Assembly: GCA_001929475.1 (NCBI GenBank)
Contig: LXFE01004208.1
Coordinates: 1-51,136 of the forward strand
Source: Neolecta irregularis DAH-3
Taxonomy: Eukaryota
Direction: 5' to 3'
DNA: 51,136 bases
Shown here piece after piece: positions 23,819 to 37,340 of this stretch. The position numbers and the translations under genes were made by a program. The notes beneath the pieces were generated by a model. It was not told where the DNA came from and made no database searches. It worked only from the letters and a program-made list of their open reading frames with translations. Numbering within the stretch: position 1 is the stretch's first letter; the number at the start of each line of letters is the position of its first letter.

Positions 23819-26800
23819 CTAATTCTGATCAAACAAACCGGCGATCATTCGATCTGCATCTCCATTCAGTACGTTATTCGTATTCGTTTCAGCTTGACTC
23901 TCTGGCTTGGCGCCCATTTCTTGTTGAAGGCGCCTGAGCAATGTCTTTGTACTAACATCTGGTCCATAACTGTTGATTTGTTTGTGCCGTTCGCTAGGAG
24001 CATGCTAGAAAATCAGTTAATAGATACAATAACGAAGAAATACCCCTTTGAAAGGTTCGAGAAAGTTTGCAATCAACAGTCGTTGGGTTCGTACGCTTCT
24101 TGTCACGCTCAACCTTTCATCAAGCTTCTTGAGCTGTTCTTCGGTGATTCCTGGTAGCCGAGAAAACACCATCCTTGGAGCAGGACACGTAAACCGAAAT
24201 GTAATATAAATCCCAGCAATAACATGAAGAATGTCGTCTTGGATTTCCACAAAATATTCTTCATTAAGCGCCTCAAGGGTGGATTGTAGAACTTGTTCAC
24301 CGACGAACTCGCGGACATGTGCATTTTGAGAAAGTTCTGGAATTATGTTTCTGAGTATATGAGCAGAATTTCGAGATGATCGGGTATCATGGATTTTGAT
24401 AACATTCGAACAGAGGGTAAGAAGTCCCTCAAGAATTCTCTAGATAATCAAATGAGCCAGAAAACCGATATACGTTGTTGGAAAGGGTATAAGCTCGAAC
24501 ACTTTGCTGAGTTGTCTTTGAATCGTTCCTTCGTTGTTGGGCAACCCCATAGATTAGAGAACTGTGGCCTGCAGGTATTACATCCATACACATTTTGAAA
24601 ACCTTACCAGCGTGCGATGTTTGTTCCACTAGGTCTCCAGCAAATTTCATTGCGGTATATGTCAACAACCTCAAAAGACTTTCTTCCATCATGTCGTCGG
24701 ACAAATCGGAATTAGAATTTAAACTAATTTTCCCTTCAAACGACCTAGATTGTCAAAATGATTTCAAGACATGGTAGAGGATACTCATCTTCCTTCTTTA
24801 TCGACAGCCCTCGTGCAGTCATTCTTGCCCATTCTCTGGTCAAGATAGCATTCAATCCAGCCAGCACCGGAGGAATCATCTGTCCAAGAAACGATTCACG
24901 ATTAGATACAGGACATCTTTTAAGCAAAGGTCGGAGACTCGAATTAATGACGTGCGTCCAACCATGAAGTGACAGCCCATCTACAGTTTCGAACGACGCA
25001 TGCAGAATTTGGTTGGCGAGGTCGGGTATGTGATAGTATGAAGCACCAAGAACGCTTAGAGAGCCCACTGCAATAAAGCTTCGAATTAATTGGGGATTAA
25101 GCGAAACATGTACCTATACTCCCTAGTTCGCCGGATGAAATGGTTGTATGCATCAATCAATTCTTGTAATGTGTTTCTGGCTCGATCGGCTGATGTCATG
25201 AATTCTTCTTTTGACATGACCGAGACTCCATGTAGCCAAAACCTTTCTTCTATGGTTTTGCTCATTATGTATTGGACTTCAGAGGGAAGCGTCTGTTGTG
25301 TAACCGCTGCAAAGTAAGCTTGAAGCTGCCTAATGAAATGAGCCCCTATTGTATATAAGAAGCGACTTGATTACGAGGAGGATATTAGGTATCGCTCTTT
25401 CTATTCGCGGAATCCAGTACTCCTGTAACCATTGATATTCAGAGGTACCCTCTTTTGTATCAAAGAATGTATCTTCCACAAATTTGCGCAACGAGCGTAT
25501 GGGTGTGGCCTAGCAATTAGATACTAATTATAAGATCAAACTTACCCACAAGCGATAGCGAAAACCATTAATACGTTCAACTAGAGCTCGTCCAGGGGCA
25601 TCAATGGGAATTGTGGTTAGGTCGATACCCACTTCAATTCTCTTTGGTTCTAGATTGTCAAAAAACTGAGCATAGCTTGAAGACTCACTTAGATAATCTA
25701 ATAAATCGGTGATCATCATCAAATCCATGAATCCGTCAAGCGAAGAAAGCTGTTGTGACCGTTCGGGGCCCGACCATTCAGCAAGAATTGGCTCAACGAT
25801 CTTATCAAAATTAAGACGCTTTTGCTCGGAAGAAAGCTTTGAACGATGACTAAATAGTTGGTCAAGCTGTAGGTTTCAGACTTACTTCACAATTAGTAAC
25901 GCAGACTGTAAATCTGTGCCATCTCGATCATTCACCTTTTGATTGATGATACAGTCACTCACTACATTCTCCAATTGTGGAAGGATCGTCTGGTTGGTTA
26001 ATAAGTATTTAAACATGCATGTACCGCAAGTGTTGCAGCATTTGTACTAGCCAATCTACGGACTTCCGTAACTGCAGCAGTCCTTAAATCAGAGTACATA
26101 CTCTCAGTAGAAATCGGGATATTTTCCGGTTTCTGGACAGTTGCAGTTAACAAGGTATAAATCTATCAGCCAACCATGTCTCAAGGAAAAGCGAACCTTT
26201 TCAAGAATTCGAAATACAAGATCTGTATCCCCCTCCAAAACTCTCGCAAAGGCGGAAAGGCATTGTAACTGCCTTTTAAGAATTAGCGGATCCTCAATAT
26301 TCATCTCAAAAATAATTCTAGCCCAGTTGGTCAGAATACCGTTAAGACCATCAGGCCGAGGGGTGCGCTTGGATTGATCCCATTTACGAATACCACCAAC
26401 GGTCGCTTCGCAAGCGACAAACATGGCATCTAGCTGAAGGTAACGATCGCTAGTTTTCTCGGTAATTCCTTGTACGACCGAAGGCAGAGGAAACCGAGAT
26501 ATTAGCCAGGTAACTGTATCAAATGGTCGATGAAAAACGATCAATTTGATTATATCGACCATAGATCTTCTATAATTCCCACAGAATGCATGAAGCTCAG
26601 GGAGGTTTTCAAGATCGATGTTGAGGTATGCTTTTACAATGTTGCTGGAACTTTTCATATCTTCATACTAAGCATTGAATTCATGTGCATTGAATTATTG
26701 GAATACCCGCATAGTCCGTTCGGTAGCTAATTCAAGCAACTGAGGAAGAAAGGGAATGAGATATGGAGATATTTCACCACGCGTATTGAAATGGTTGACC

Positions 26801-28237
26801 CAGTAATCTAGTGAAGCGTGTGATACGACGGGCGAAGGATGTTTAGTTGTTTCAATTAGTAAGCTGAAATATCGATTGAGATTCTCTTTTGGAAGATATT
26901 TCGAGCGTCCCATCAAAACGAGGGTTTCAACAATTTTCTTTAGCAGAATATAACTATCTTCCTCGATACCGGAGTCGCTTTGTGGATTTAGCTTGATGTT
27001 GACATCATTATAAACGCCCTGAAAAGCTGTGAGACTATCCGGAGTGAAGAGCGTAGCGACCAAGGACGACATGTCATCGTCTTCGGATATTTCGCGACTG
27101 AGCAAGACGAATAGACAATCGACGGCAACCTTCTCGTCAACTCAGCCGTTAAGCATTCAATACCGTTTGAAAGGTGACATTCTGCGTCAATAGCGAACTG
27201 CATAGTAATGGAAGGATTCCTGCCTCCTTGATGGCTCTAACAATTATTATTGCTCCAGAGGCTTTTGTACTTTGTCAAAGCCCAACCCAGACAACTACGA
27301 ATGGCTTTTAGCACGGCAATTCCGACTTTTTCCACTTCCTCAGCTATTGTTCCATGTCCAGTTTGAACCACAGTCAAACATTTACCAAGAGCATTTCCCC
27401 ATCGAACCAACCAACCGTCATTGTCCGTGGTTTCCCATCCTACAATTCGCTGATTCCCTCCTTTTATACCTTCCGGATAGTTTTCATGGAGAACATTAGA
27501 AGAAGCGGTTATACTCAAAAGGCCATTCGAAATGACAGCTGCCCGTGAATGCACAACTTGATTTTGCTCATCCTGCCCAAAATTGTCCTCTATAAGCATT
27601 GTCAAAATGATCAAGGATAAATGTCGTGTTGTGTCCTGGATAATTAGTACATTCCTTACTAGGCCGAGTATACATTTTGATTCCACATGTTTTGCAATAT
27701 TTCATCCATATCGTGCCACGATGCAAGCCAGGTGCGTTCAGCAATTTGTACAAAGATATCTGCCACCTTCTCTTTGATAAAATGCGCCTCCTTTGAGATT
27801 TCTCTGGTTCCCTAGAGTGCCGCGATTACACCTGATGCATAGATTAAGGTTTGATACCCTTGTTGCCAAAGCGATGCTCCATTGCTGAATTTGAGTCCTT
27901 TCTAAATCCGAGTAAGAGTTCCAGTGATGTTTTATGGCGTTTTCCAGAAGAGATAGTCCAAAATGTCGTATAACGTCTGGCTGAGAGTCCTTTTCTACCG
28001 CCAATTGGTACCCATAAATTGGTGAAGTAGGTTCCGACTTTAATGTATCGAGATACTACTGTGCGTTAGTACACCTCAAGCTGGAAAAATACAGATTGTG
28101 CTTCGCTACGTGTTTGGTTGGTCGACCGATAAGAATGAATTGTTTCCAGGGCTTGCCGAATCTTATCAGAAACAAATGCTGACAGTCAGTATCATGCTAT
28201 ACACTTTGGAGAGTAAGGACATACGATCGATCGACAT
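23819..28237 (-). CDS. msn5: Karyopherin Msn5/exportin-5, ~13 introns
   Basis: IRQALETIH...TNQTRSEAQSYLDTLK, VIRHFGLSLLENAIKHHW, FIKEKVA, MMEESLLRLLT; helical HEAT-type sequence; ends IAGLFDQN. Confidence 0.85.
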
Positions 28238-28845
28238 ATCAACACTCTGAATATTAATTTGCAAGGCGGAGAAAGTTCCTTGGGTTTGAAACGAGTTCAA
28301 ACTTGGCGGCACAGTTCTGCCACTTCGAGGTCAGGATCAAAATTAGTCTTCGAGCTGGGCAGCAACAATTTGCAAAATAACGCGCTTGGCCTATGGTTTC
28401 CGTCGTTGCAAAGCAACGTATTTATTAGGGTCCAGAAACACACTGACAGTGTATGACAAGAATCGTTGCTTAGATATTTGTCAACTGAATTATAATTATG
28501 TCAATTACGGTGACGACTCAGGGCATCACTACGCTCATCGCTTCATCTTGACTAGCAACAGAAACGCCTCAAGCCCTAGCAACTAATCTTTGGATGGCAT
28601 CAAAAGGAGGGTATGAAGAGCACTTATTTCTCAAGCAATACATATTCAGACCATGGAGGTTTAACAATAGTAATTAATTGGAAACCAAAAAGCTACTAGA
28701 GAAGTATAGTAAAATGAGTTATTTTTCGAATACATCCACTTTTCCAAACAATCTGCAAAAAGAGAAACAGGAATGAGGAAAGAAGTCGTCTTTGATACGG
28801 TGGAGGAAAGTATTTGTAATTCTAAAGGCTTCGAAAAACGTAAGC

Positions 28846-29151
28846 TTAGAACAAAGCAAAAGCTCCGGCGAGAATAGCACCCACAGCGACGCCAGCATTG
28901 TGGGAGCCATCGGAAGATGCAGTTGAAGTTGCAGCTGTCGTTGCCTTAGTGACCTTTGTTGCGACGGTCTTTGAAGCCTGGATTGCAGAGGTGGCTATGA
29001 AGTATTAACATTGACCAGGGTATAGGGCATGGGTACCCGAAGACACGTTGCTAACCATGCTAGAGCCAACAGAAACGATGGGGGAGACAGTTGCAGAAGC
29101 GTTTGCAGGTGCGGTGTTGATAGGGGTGCTAATGGTTGGGACTGCAGACAT
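28846..29151 (-). CDS. 87-aa Ser/Thr/Ala-rich protein with C-terminal GPI-like hydrophobic tail, 1 intron
   Basis: atcaaaATG after a CT-rich leader; GT-AG intron 28995-29036. Product MSAVPTISTP...STASSDGSHNAGVAVGAILAGAFALF. Confidence 0.7.
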
Positions 29152-29829
29152 TTTGATTGAGTATCGAAGAGATCTGATGTGTAGAAGAGAAGGTAAAGAA
29201 GGAAAAGTGGGCGGAGAGTTGTTCTTAAAAGGATGTCTCTTATTGTGGAATGTGATACGTTAACATTACGTCTCTGCCTCATTTCCCAAAAGAGAATCCC
29301 CTTCTTTCCTCGCGCTCATGGTTTATGACTGGCTTTGAGACTGGTTCAGAATATTAACGAAGTTTTCACATCGTAATCACTCGAAATTTGCGCGTAGTTA
29401 ATAATAGTGACAGATATTGTCCCATATTTGCCATAGTCCCGGCAGATTGAGGTAAATTCTCGGGCAGACGGAATTCCGTGGGTTGAAAGTCAATGTGACA
29501 ATAGTGACGATGCATAGACAAGAGCAGACTTTTTTGCTTTCTGTGTCTCAGCCTGTTAATGTTCTCGTGATTATGGGAACGATAACGACAAATTTTAGAT
29601 TTAAATGTGTTAGAATCCATCACCGCGGGAGGACCGATTACTCGAAGGTCAAGTTGAGCCAGAGTCACATGGTGTAGATTATGACGTATACCATATACTT
29701 CCGACCAAGAGCTCAGGCACATTCTCGCATCGAAAGAAGTATACAGTTACCGTGATTCTCCATCTAAGAGGAACGGAGGCTCGACGAGTTCGGTCTTTAA
29801 CACACAACTTGAAGGATTGCTATTGGGCT

Positions 29830-30902
29830 ATGGGTACAACCGATGAGCTGCCGCTTTTTACTGACTCTTTCCAGCTGAAAGTATAAACGACTTTGTAGCA
29901 GGATATATTTCGGGTGTTTCCGGTTTGGTATTGGGAAACAGCCTAGATGTACGTAAAATCTCCGTACAATCATCTCGTCCTCAAACAGGAATTTTCGAGG
30001 TATCGAGTCCTTGGCAATTTATCCTGATGTCCTAGCCAATTTTGTTTTTTCACGGGATATTACCTCCTCTGTTAAGTCTTGGGGTATCTATATTTATTAT
30101 CGCTATTTTCAGGCTCAATCTGAAGGTATTGAATGCAATATTATTTACTTGTTACGGACAATCAATTCGCTGGTTGAATGACTCGAGATGCCACCCACAA
30201 AGTTGGAGTAAAGTGTATGCTGCTGGTGCCATTAGTGGGTTAGGAGTCTTCTTTGTTTCAACTCCGACAGAGCTATTAAAATGCCGTGTACAGATAGAAA
30301 AGGGAGAAAATACGTGGAAGGTTTTGGACAGAACGCTCAGACAAGATGGATTAGGAGGTATACTGCTTTCACGATAATTACAGTGACCCTTTAGGTTTAT
30401 ATCGTGGCGGTTTGGTAACTGTTCTACGCGATACCATCGGTTATGGATTCTAGTAATTACTGAATATGAAGCATCGCTGATGTTTTAGTTTTTGGGGATA
30501 CGAAATATCGAAGCATTACCTTGACTTATTCTCTGATACACAAAAGACTTTCATCGCTGGTGGCTTAGCAGGCATATTGAGTTGGACATCAGTATATCCC
30601 CTTGGTGAATATATGCTGTACCTCTTACTAACAGATATAGATGTCCTTAAAACACGATATCAGATTCATTCAACGTCTCTTGGGTCTCTTCTGCCTCAGA
30701 AGTATTCTTCTACTTGGGATTGTGCCAAGAAGACATATGCGGAGGGTGGAGCTCCAATATTCGCTCGTGGATTAGGCATTGCTACCATTCGAGCCTTTCT
30801 GGTTAATTCGGTCACATTTTGTGTACCATAATCATTTGAGCAACCGCTGACATCCAGGTCTATGAATTTCTATACAAACGTCTAGATAGATATATTCGGT
30901 AA
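29830..30902 (+). CDS. Mitochondrial carrier (SLC25; carnitine/acylcarnitine- or SLC25A45-like), multi-intron
   Basis: DFVAGYISG, PTELLKCRVQ, GLYRGG..T.LRD.IGYGF, SWTSVYPLDVLKTRYQ, RGLG...IRAFLVN.VTF.VYE. Confidence 0.85.
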
Positions 30903-31343
30903 TCTCGTGGAAATATTAAGCAGTGTTCCCACCAGCAGGCAACTGAACACATCCTTTCTCGACGATGTTTTATCTATTTGATGCACACCAGATGTGAACA
31001 TGGTTCTCTTGTAATTAGTCTTTACAACGAAGTAAATGCTGAAAATGGGACTATTTGTATACAACCTCCGGGTATATACCCTGCCAATAAGGCTCTAGGT
31101 TTGACCGCTTATCGGAGGTGATGAGTAATCAACGTCTGGTTCCATCACTTACCTTTATTAGCTTCGTCGCTAAATGGACGGGGCTGTTTAATTAGTAGAA
31201 TTTGTTCGCAAAGAGATCTTTCATAGGATATCAACATGCGTATAACATTATCATGTTCAACCTAATGTATCATTCGCACAAATATACTAGAAACCTCAGA
31301 TTTTTAAAATCTATCGTCTAAACGGCCATAAATCCTAAACAAT

Positions 31344-33130
31344 TCACAGAACTATAACATCTTTGCGCAGAGTGTTTCTGACCAAAATTTCTGGTTTTAT
31401 GGCAACGGTCCAGTCTTCAACATCATACTTCAAATCCTTATCCACTATCTCAGCGTCAAATGTCCATATCCATTGAGCAATAACCAAACGCATTTCCATG
31501 TATGCCATGCTGGGAAAGTTACTTAAAATGACTGGAGGATGCAAAACGTACGTTCTGCCAAGACATGCTCTAGGGCCTATGGAAAAAGGTTGATATGCCA
31601 GTCTTCCATATTCCCAGTCTTTCTCAAATCCTTCTTTTATGATCCATCGTTCTGGAATGAATTCATTCGGACGGGTAAAATATCGTTCATCAAGATTAAG
31701 AGCATAAGTAGGGACCGAAAAATCAATGCCACCGGGGAGAATCTCACCAGCAATAGTACAGCCCTCAGGCGGCGAAATTCGTGGAAGGTTCGCTGGAACA
31801 GGAGAAGAAATTCTCATTGATTCTTCGAGTACGGCATTAAGATAGGGAAGAGACGCCACTGCTTGATGAACAATTTCATTTTTTGAAGTGAACAGAGGTC
31901 TGATTTCGGCACATAGTTTTGAATAAATTTGAGGATTCTGGAGTAGATGGAATATCGAAGATGTAATTGAGCCTAAGAAATAAGCAACGTTAAATGAAAT
32001 ATAAGATACTTGAAGTGGTATCAGCCCCGGCAACTCTTGAATGATCAACATAGGGGTCGTGAGCAAGACCTTACATTAAAAGCTGCGCAGCAGCGTGCAG
32101 CATAGATCGATCTTCAGAATAGTAAACATCCGCATCCTTGTCTTCTACCAGGAAGGATATGAAGTCCTTGTGTTCTGGAGTTCTTCGCAGCCGACGATCA
32201 AGCTTCTCATTGGCTTCCTATATATCTAAGCTGCTCCCACTGAACAAGATTCAGCTCACCTGGATCATTCTTTCTCGTTTTTGAATCAATGAATGTGGAG
32301 TTATCAGATTTCGTAAAGGAATGAGAGCTGGACACGTTGCATACTTTGAATCAAATATTATCCAGAAAGTACTTTTACCATCGTCGAGACTTTAATTAAA
32401 CATTGCGCCATTTCAATGATACAATTCGCGTTTCCGGTAGTGATCATATCAAAGTTTTCGCCAAAACACAATTTTCCTTCGTGTGAAGGCCCAAATCAGA
32501 TAGAATTATACCCAAAACATCGAACGTAAGATACGTTACCCATTGTGTAATATCGAGAGGAATCTTTCCATTCTTGCCAAATTTGGACAGGCTATGACAA
32601 AAGACATCAATTTGTTCTTTGATCAGTGGTTCCATTGATTCAATAGCCCTCTGACTGAATGCCTTGTTTAATGGTTTACGCATTCGCGAATGGAGACCGC
32701 GGTCTCGTACACTGACGAGACTGGGGGAATCCTCCGTAGGCTGAAAGGCCACATAGCCGGACGATTTCTCACATCCAGGATCATGGCCATAAATACTCAT
32801 TAGTGCTCTGTAATCGCTGATTGAGACTTCATTGGGAGCAATTCGAACGAAAGTGCCTGAGATGTCAATGGAGGGATTGAACAATTATGACCATATTTCT
32901 TGTGCAATTTCTGTAGAACTAGGTGTCTTTTTCCTTCATAGGCAATATAAAAATACCATAAAGGAGTGACTTTGGCCAACAAAGGTCCTTTATATTTAGC
33001 GAGAGGATGGAAGAAGATTTTGTAAATGACATCTGCGATAATCTGAAGTCAGATTATTCTCGCGGATGAAAAATACCCATGACAATAAAACCACAAATGA
33101 CGCAAATCCAAGGTTGCAAATAATCTGCAT
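31344..33130 (-). CDS. Cytochrome P450 monooxygenase, ~8 introns
   Basis: N-terminal TM; HPLAKYKGP, LHKKYG.FVRIAPNEVS, AGADTT, EESMR (ExxR), PERW, heme motif FSIGPRACLG. Confidence 0.93.
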
Positions 33131-33984
33131 CCTGAGAAATAGTGTTTTTGACGACCAAGAGAAGACATGAAGAGGCTTGTTATATAAATTTCCAATATCT
33201 ACTGTGCGACATTCACAAATACTATTTTTGTTTCCGAGATACTAGAACAGCGACCGGTATCGGAAATGATCGCGTATTCAACAAATGATTCTTTGGACAA
33301 TTCGGGTATAAAGAGCTCGGCCGGTCCTAATGCGCGTGTGGCACGAGGTATGAAACGTGGGCGTACGACAAGCAAAGTCTAGACTGTGACAAAGGGGAGG
33401 TGGGTTGACTTTTGTCAGCAAGGAGATGTTATAGCAGACATTTTCCAAAAGATCTTGCATCATATGGAATACTTGATACTTCTTTAGCGAATCGGATTGA
33501 TGGACATGTCAATGGACCTGTTCGTAAATGAGTGAATATGTCCAGACATAATCGTCTAATGATAAAAAGAATGTTAGCTATTAGCAGCCTACCTTGAATA
33601 GCTTCACATGACATTCGCGTTTTGAAGACCTTCTAGCAAAGACACAAGATTCGCATTTTGACGACCTTCAAGCCAAGAACTAGCGAATATCCTCGAGACA
33701 ACAACGCCAAAAGCAGTAATGAACCAAGGGCCAGACCGACAAATTAAAGATGAAAACAGCCAGTCATTTGATCTGTGAATAATGCTACGATCCAATTTTA
33801 AAGATACACAGCAGTCGAGCATCAAATTCAAATATAACTAATCAGTTGAAATGATAATCTGGTCTTCCAAGCAAGATGATTGTCATTTACATTTGCAATG
33901 AAACACCGAAAACCAGCTGCATCACCGCGGACGCAAGAGCAGATATGAGACATACAGTAGTATACAACGCAGAAAACACGATAG

Positions 33985-35172
33985 CTACATGGTCTCTCCA
34001 CGTCCCAATCTCGCCAACCAAGCCGCTTCAGTAGCATAACTCTGAACACTTAAATGTCGATCTCCCAATGCCATTTCAACAGCAAACATGACACCCTCTT
34101 TTTCCACGACCAATTTTATGTCGTCTGTGATTTCAGCATACCCATTCTTTCCTACCCGATAGAGTATCCTACCGAGCGTTTGAAGTCCAAAACATCTTTG
34201 GCCAGGGACAGTACTGAGTGATTGCTGGATGAGTTCTTTGATAGTATAACCAGCAACTTGAGAAGAATGGTGATGTAAACCATGTGTTACAGGGATTTCC
34301 ATGGCCAATTTAGGAGGAATCAGACGTCCGGAAAAGTCATACCGTAAAGCTGAAACCTCGATATTTGAACTGGGAAGGTATTCCGTCTGGTCTGTTTCCT
34401 TCATCCAGGATAGTTTGGATGGATCATGAGAGAGAGTAGGGAAATATTTATCTTTTAGATCTTGAAGAAATGTCGGAGAGGACAAGTCCAACGATCCTTG
34501 TGTACTTTGCGGACGAGGAAAGTGAATATTGAGAGCCGGGTTGACTATAATATCCTCTGGTACGAACGGGAGTACAGGTTCCCCGATTTCTTTCCATTCT
34601 CCCGGTTTCACATTTTCCTCCTTTAAATAGTTGATAATTCGTTCGTCTTGGTCGTTATTTGCAGTATTTTTCTTTGGGATTGACTGCCTGGGATCTTGTT
34701 GACGGGCTCGTAGCATCGCAATTAAATCCGGCGATAAAGTTTTTTCAATTTCTATCCGAGCATCCTGAATTTCCCTATCGCTCATATTTTTCAGGTTATT
34801 CATATTTTCAGCATCAATTTCAGATTTTAATCGGGACTCGGAATAATCTGATTCCATAGATTTTGGTTTTGTGACATTTTTGCTTGAACGAATAAGCAGA
34901 TTTTTCGGGGAAGGGAATCCTGTTTTAATAGATTGTTTAGGAGCAGTGACAGGGCCATCATTAGTACGTTCAAAGATATCTTTAATCAGCCTTGCACAGG
35001 TCTCAGCTTTCGGGGAATTAACAAATTGGTCTAGATTGTTTTTTATTTGTAAACCGGCGAAATGGGATTTATTTTTAAACTCTTGTGGAGATTTTAAGAA
35101 TTCCTGTTGTTCAGCGAGGAGTTCTGCTTCAGCTTCGTCGATTGTTGTGGCTGTTGAAAACGTTGGGTCCAT
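33985..35172 (-). CDS. rba50: RNA polymerase II-associated protein Rba50/RPAP1, intronless
   Basis: IKDIFER, TGFP, EIDAEN...L.NMS..EI, FLQDLKDKYFP, KLSWM, LRYDFSG, GLHHH...AGYTIKEL, S.VPGQRC...QTLGRILYR. Start taken at ATG 35172. Confidence 0.88.
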   Translation of the reverse strand: MDPTFSTATTIDEAEAELLAEQQEFLKSPQEFKNKSHFAGLQIKNNLDQFVNSPKAETCARLIKDIFERTNDGPVTAPKQSIKTGFPSPKNLLIRSSKNVTKPKSMESDYSESRLKSEIDAENMNNLKNMSDREIQDARIEIEKTLSPDLIAMLRARQQDPRQSIPKKNTANNDQDERIINYLKEENVKPGEWKEIGEPVLPFVPEDIIVNPALNIHFPRPQSTQGSLDLSSPTFLQDLKDKYFPTLSHDPSKLSWMKETDQTEYLPSSNIEVSALRYDFSGRLIPPKLAMEIPVTHGLHHHSSQVAGYTIKELIQQSLSTVPGQRCFGLQTLGRILYRVGKNGYAEITDDIKLVVEKEGVMFAVEMALGDRHLSVQSYATEAAWLARLGRGETM

Positions 35173-35218
35173 GGATGTGGCGGTACAGAAACCAATATAT
35201 TCGGACAGTAGAAATATC

Positions 35219-35352
35219 AACCTCGAATATAATATTAACCTCGGAGTAATAAATAGAATCTCAAAATTCGAATGGATATAAAATTTTCAACCCTAGAATA
35301 GATAGAAAACACATAACCCTCGAATGGATGGATTAGTAACCTTGAATAGATG
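35219..35352 (+). repeat. Degenerate array of ~6 AACC(C)TCGAATRGAT-like motifs
   Basis: aacctcgaata, aacctcggagta, aattcgaatggata, aaccctagaatagata, aaccctcgaatggatg, aaccttgaatagatg at 18-28 bp spacing. Confidence 0.5.
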
Positions 35353-35410
35353 TAATAAACAAGATATTAGACATTAAACAGATCCAGACCCAAGAAATAT
35401 TACACCAGGA

Positions 35411-35849
35411 CTATACACGATGATGAAACAAGGATTCCTTCTGCGTAGACATCACATCTTGGCTCTTTAAAATCTCGCCGACGATTTTCGGAGGATTCAA
35501 CTTCATTTTTTCAGCTCTCTGCCACCTTTTGAGTCTAGTTATTCCAACACAGGGCCCGTATTTTGGAGTCAAGTCAAAGTTGCGCAGAATGATATCAAGA
35601 TGAGTCAGGTCTTGGGCATGGACTTACTATCAGCGTCAAAGTAAAAACAAATAAAATGCCTAATCCGTCCGAGATGTGATCTCGAGATAAGATCTCTGCT
35701 TTGTGCTCATCGTATTTCGATACGGGTGTAACATCTTGATTTATTCTATTTACTCCGAGTTTACGTGACTTTTTCGAGGCGACTGTCTTTGACTGTTTAG
35801 CAAAAGAGGTTCGCAGCGTGGACTGTGGAATGCGAAGTTTGGGCGCCAT
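35411..35849 (-). CDS. cdm1: DNA polymerase delta subunit 4 (POLD4/p12/Cdm1), one GC-AG intron
   Basis: Exon 2 (missed by the ORF track) reads VHAQDL...ILRNFDLTPKYGPCVGITRLKRWQRAEKMKLNPP, the POLD4 signature. Intron 35623-35659. Confidence 0.88.
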
Positions 35850-35970
35850 AGTTTGGTGGTTGTGCCGTCACTCAACAACTACATACCAAAAACAATAAAA
35901 CACCAAAAAACACCAATGCAGCAGATTACAGGGTTAGCATTTGGAATCACTTTCAAACAAGTCAGTGTGG

Positions 35971-37326
35971 TCAATCGCATTCAAAAAGGCAACTGATACT
36001 CTCGCCTACCGTCAGTGTATTGGCGACAAAAAGTATACCGTTATGGGTTCGTCGAATAGCCTCTGCGAAAACGGGACTGACATCGATGACTGATAATTTT
36101 CCACTTTCTCTCCAGCGTTGGTTTACGGGAAATGCATTTGTGACAACGACCTGTGTGATGGCATCGCAATTTTCAATTTTTTCCCAGCATTCGCGCGAAA
36201 ACATTGCATGAGTGACGATTACGATGACTTGTTTGGCTGCGCAGTTGAGGGTGAGATGTTCTGCTGCGGTGACAAATGCGCCGGCGCGGTCGAGCATGTC
36301 GTCTAATACAATGGCGACGCGACCGGATACATCGCCTACGAGAGTGATCATATGTTCAAGGGACTCATCTTCGAGTTCTTCGTCGTCAGAAAGATGGTGG
36401 TCTATTGCACCGCCCAAGGGACAAGCAGTCGAATGGACGCTGATACTCAGCGGATCCTGCTGGATATGGTCGAGTCCTGGACTGGGAAAGTTGGAATCAA
36501 CCACATGGCCCGAGATAATGCGGCTAGTGATGATTTCTGCAGGCGAGTTTCCGCCGGTGACAGGATAGGGACTGTTTTTTCCTCTGCGGCGATCCGTGTG
36601 GATAAGGGCAAAGTTTGCTTTGAGGGCGTCTGCAATGGAGGTGACCCTCGAGTCAGAACTGGAAACGAACAAAAGAGCAGGTACCTTTTAGTGCCGCCGG
36701 GATTTTTTGAGACAATGACACAGTCGCGGTAGGCGGCAATGTTTTCCTTGATCCAGCGAACAAGGGTAGGCTCGGCATAGAGATTATCGACTGGAGTAGT
36801 AAAGAAGCCCTGCATCTGCGAGGCCTGGTCTTATCAATGTATATATATAAAATCTCAACATGCATGGAGATCCATGGTGATGATGTGGTCGGCTCCCGCA
36901 ACAGTTAACAGATTCGCGACCATCCGCGCCGCAATTGCACCGCGCGGCGTCTTCATCTTGCTCTGCTTTGAGTATGGAAAATACGGCATCACTGCTGGAA
37001 CCAGTGATTAGTTTACGGCCTTGCATACTTAATACCCGTAATACGCCGTGCACTGCCGCCTTTTGCAGCAGCTATCAGCACCAGCAGCTCCATCAGATGG
37101 TCATTGACGCTGGGATCAGAAACAAAACGGCGATTAAATACGTCACACTCCCGCTTTGCACGATATACACATCGTGATCACGCACACTTGCCCCAATCTC
37201 GACGCTTGTTTCGCCGTTTGAAAAGCGGCCAAGCGTAGCCGCCGCCAGCACACAGCCCAGACGCTCTGCAATTAATTTCGCGAGCTCTGGATGCGAGGAG
37301 CCACCAAAAATATGTGTCTTGCGCAT
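35971..37326 (-). CDS. Ribose-phosphate pyrophosphokinase (PRPP synthetase) with a non-homologous insertion, 5 introns
   Basis: [104 protein letters not shown]. Confidence 0.95.
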
Positions 37327-37340
37327 GGTGGTGAGGCAAT

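Noticed and set aside
29366-29722. 118-aa minus-strand ORF
   Set aside because: No recognisable motif; it lies in a divergent promoter region and is probably spurious.
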